Of a DNA stretch of 64,000 nt, positions 60,302 to 64,000 are shown in pieces; the stretch's first letter is position 1; the number at the start of each line of letters is the position of its first letter. The notes under the pieces are model-generated. The model was not told the DNA's origin, ran no database searches, and saw only the letters and a list, made by a program, of their open reading frames with translations. Origin of the DNA: the human T2T-CHM13v2.0 reference genome, Homo sapiens; the NCBI RefSeq assembly GCF_009914755.1, contig NC_060927.1; one strand, 5' to 3'. The position numbers were made by a program, and so were the translations under genes.

Positions 60302-60590
60302 TGTGTTAGTTCAGCTAACTGCTGTAACAAATAAACCCCCCAACCTCAGTGGTTCAACAAATTAAAAGTGTACTTATTACTCACATCATAAACCAATGCA
60401 GATGTTAGCTGGGCAGCCTTCTGCATGAACCTACGAGAACCCAGACTTCTTCCATCTTGAGTCTATGAACTCCTTTAAGTCAATGAAGTCTATGGATCAC
60501 ATCCATAGACAAAGCAAACAGTAATGGAGTCTGGAAATTTCAAGAGAGAAAGAAAACAGGCTTTGGGGAACACAGAGAAGTACCTGTCAT
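60302..60590 (-). mobile_element. MLT1 (MaLR) LTR relic
   Basis: TGTGTTAGTTCAGCTAACTGCTGTAACAAATAAACCCCCAACCTCAGTGG. Confidence 0.6.
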
Positions 60591-61506
60591 AGTTATGCAT
60601 AATGTTTTGTAAAATGAGAAGTAGGGATCTTCCTCACTTGAAATTTTGGGGCCTTGTAGCATAAGTCATTTCCCATTTCTTCGATTATCGTCAATTATTT
60701 CAATTGTATATATTTACCTTTTATTGTAGGTCTTACAGGAACAGACCTGGAGAATGTTGCTAGCAGCCTATGTTACTTCATCATCCTCTCTGGATTGCAA
60801 AGTTTTTAGACTGGATCTTAAGTTGTGCCATCATTCCATTTATGGAGGTACTATGGAGGAGGCACTATGGAGGAGGCAATGTGGTTTTCAGGCTATGTAG
60901 TAGCTGAGGAAAAAGAAGGATGCCTTTGTTGAGTCATGTCCATGACAGCCAGGATGAGGTTTGCTTATGCCAATGGAACATGATAACATCTCCCTTCTCA
61001 ATTTACAGAACTCAGAATTCTCAGTAATGCACAATTTCTTTCATAATCTGGCTCCAGCCTATTTTTCTGGTTTTGCAGTTGGAGATAGCATTATGATCAT
61101 TATGCTTATTTTACCTTTGTGAAAGCCAAGCTCTTGAATAATTTACCCTTGATTATTCAGCAAGTTTTGGAAACAGCCAGCACCAGAATTAAAATCTCCC
61201 ATATCTTATAAGTCTACTGTGCTTTTCACCACCAACAACCTGGATTCTGCATGGGAAGCTTGTCTCTATATATCTCAACTCACTGTTTCTGAACACTTGA
61301 GAAATAGTGCATCAGCAGTAGCAGATACTGAGACTAGGGAGTGGGGCCTGTTACTCTTCTCCTTTCCTCTGAGTGACTCCTGATTCGAGGAAAGAGGTGG
61401 ATGAACATGTACAAAATTCCTTCCTCTCCACTTCTTTCATTAGATTGTGTCAGTGATGGCAATGACCAGGTGAACATGAAAGTCCGCCTGTAAAATCTGT
61501 AACTCT

Positions 61507-61822
61507 TTATTTTATTTTTTATTTTTGAGACAGGGCCTCGCTCTGAGACAAGTGTCCAGCCTCTCCACACAGGCTCGAGTGCAGTGAGGTGAACAGAGTT
61601 CACTGTAGTTTCGATCTCTTGTGCTCAAGGGATCCTCCCACTTTAGCCTCTCAAGTAAGTGGTACTACATGGTGCACCAGGCCTGGCTAATTTTTTATTT
61701 TTTGTAGAGATGGGGTCTCACTATGTTTCCCAGGCTGGTTTTGAACTCCTGGGCTCAAGCAATACTCCTACCTCGGCCTCTCAAAGAGCTGGGATTACAG
61801 GCCTGAGTCCCTGCAGCCAGCC
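61507..61822 (-). mobile_element. AluJ
   Basis: TTTTTGTAGAGATGGGGTCTCACTATGTT and CCTGGGCTCAAGC diagnostics; 15-bp TSD AAAATCTGTAA(C/T)TCT at 61492-61506 and 61823-61837. Confidence 0.92.
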
Positions 61823-63239
61823 AAAATCTGTAATTCTGTACATCAAAAGTACAGTGGGAAGTCTCATTATCATATCAGTGAACATGAGATGCTTAGTCCC
61901 TCTATTCCTCCATCTTATCACCAACTTTCTATATAGTCTTGGGAAAATGGATACAGAAGTGGAATGTGTTATACTCAGGAACCACGTGAATGACATCCCA
62001 GTTGAGAACATGGTGTCTTCTGTGGAGCGGCATCTGTGCATGATTACAAATAGTCCGGAACTTCTAGGAATGAGTAAGGCTGAGCTGAAGGGTTTATGCG
62101 ATGCCTCCACCCTTATGCCCCTTAGAAATTATAGAAATGTTCCTGTCCAATCATTTGAAAAAGGAGGAACACATGGAAGTCTAAGAAATACATTGTACGT
62201 TTGTAGTCCTTCTGGGAATCTCAACTAATTCTGGATAAAAATTAAATATCAACCCAGATGTTATATGGGTAAGTATAAGAAGCCAGGCATGAGAAATGAA
62301 GCAGAGAAGTAGTGACATGTCCAAAGCCAGATAAAAATTGAATTCCTGAGTCCTTTTTTGCTCTTGTATTATTTTCATCAAAACCAGAAACCTCACAACT
62401 TTATGTCTCCTCTCTAGTAAATAAAATCAGCTTGGGGAAAAAAATGCCCTCAGAATGGAGAGTTTCCACATTGTTTCTGACTCCAGCACATATTCCTTGT
62501 GATTTTTTTAAACCTTCTCAGGTGAGAAAGGAAATGGTTTGGGGCCAGTAAGGGTTGCTGACATTCCAGTGTTGTTCTTTCAGGGACTTACATTTAGCAA
62601 CTAAGGGTCTTAAAACTCCTTCCAGGCAGAAGTCTGTTGGGTTCTGGTCGGTGAAATCTTCGACCTGCCAAAGGACGATGCTAAGGAGAAATGACACAGA
62701 GGCACATGCGGGTCAGCAGTCTGGGGCCTCACGAGGCGTGCGTCACCAGCAACTTACACTAATTTTAGGAATTTCAGCCTTCTAACTGTTGTTCCACATA
62801 TGATAGCCATCTCTTTGTCTGCATATTCCTCTGATATGAATTAGAAGTCTCAAATAAAATTCATTTTCTTTTGCACTTACTGCTTTTCTGATGCTGATGC
62901 TGGGGAAAAACAAAAACAATGTTGCTCAGACTCATGTTTAATAATTCCCTTAAAAGAGAGGTCAAGGAAGCTTTTCTGGGAAGTTCCTTGAGAGCCAACT
63001 TGAGGGCTGATTTATCTGTCCTGGGTGGTGCCAGGAATGCAAAGGCTGCTCAGTTAAGTTTTGTGGAGTTGTTCCTATTCCAGAATATCTGTAACGGGAA
63101 TAGCGACCCCCATCTGTCCAAAGTGGCTTGGATATCATTCAACAGATAGACAGTTTAACTCAATGATCACAGACCCCACCCATTTATGTATTTACTTTTT
63201 TTCTGTACCAACCAGCACCTCCGATTCTAAGAAATGTCA

Positions 63240-63400
63240 CAGTATAGTGGAGAAATAGTGAACTTTTGAGCCAGAAAATTGGAGTTTGAATCCTGAAATT
63301 ACCACCCATTATCAGTGGGAGATTAGGAGAATTACTTAATTTTTCTGAACTCCCCTTTTTCATTGTAGAGTTGCTAGAAGAAAGAAGTGACTGAATGTAC
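63240..63400 (+). mobile_element. MIR relic
   Basis: AGTATAGTGG...TTTGAGCCAGAAAATTGGAGTTTGAATCCTG...TTACTTAATTTTTCTGAACTC. Confidence 0.6.
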
Positions 63401-64000
63401 AGTGTATAGATAGTAGGGGTTTCATAAATTATATTTTCTCCCCACTCTCCATCCCAAAGTATAGAAGTGCTAAATAACAATGTCAGAGGTGGCAGTCCAT
63501 GTAAGTGGTGGGGTAAACAATATCCAGTTGATTTAATTTACACATGTATCATTTACTCACTCATTCATTGAACGCACATTGAGTGCTGTCTTGGTTTTGT
63601 TATGAGAGATGAGAATCAGAGATGAGTAAGACTTGGACTCTGATACTCCACTTCCACTCCTAATCCTGGAGAAAGTGAGGGGCAGATGCCTCTCAGTGAT
63701 GCAGTGAGCCAAACTCAGAAGCATTAATGATCAGTAGATTCAAAGCCAAAGTAGGACTGAAATGCTGGGGTTATCTGTGCTGGTCAGCATCCTTAGGGCC
63801 AGCCCTGGGCTCCAGGCCCCTTGGTCTCCTGGTGATGACACAGGACCACTATTTTGCTGACTGACACACAAACGGTTCCTAAAATGAAATTGGGTCCACA
63901 CTGACTTGGCTTACTGAGTAGACTGTGGAAATAGCTGACACTTCCTTCTTTTGCACATCTCTTTCCAAAAACTTTTGAGGGTGGATAAGATGACCCCAGA

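Noticed and set aside
61659-62228. 189-aa ORF, the longest non-L1 ORF
   Set aside because: Starts at a non-ATG codon in an antisense AluJ; the remainder resembles no protein I recognise.

Overview
Human, repeat-dense intronic or intergenic DNA; the species call rests on an L1HS-Ta element. I see no host protein-coding exon, RNA gene or CRISPR-like array, and most short ORFs in the track are chance ORFs or translated repeats. The window is dominated by LINE-1s. (1) A full-length minus-strand L1HS with Ta-1nd diagnostics (34400-40438) has an intact promoter and ORF0, a stop-loss ORF1 (350 aa), and an ORF2 broken only by one extra base in an A-run. (2) An older full-length L1PA7-like element on the plus strand (44801-50440) sits head-to-head with it, lacks about 0.84 kb of RT and abuts half of a Tigger1. 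(3) A 5'-inverted L1PA3/4-like insertion (2553-4080) has its inverted part split into two swapped pieces, the most unusual structure here. Alus, MaLR/ERV LTRs, MER DNA transposons, MIR/L2 relics, microsatellites and small tandem duplications make up the rest. Subfamily names come from recalled consensus sequences, not from a search. I cannot support a new biological system; the best leads concern retrotransposition mechanism and L1 allele activity.
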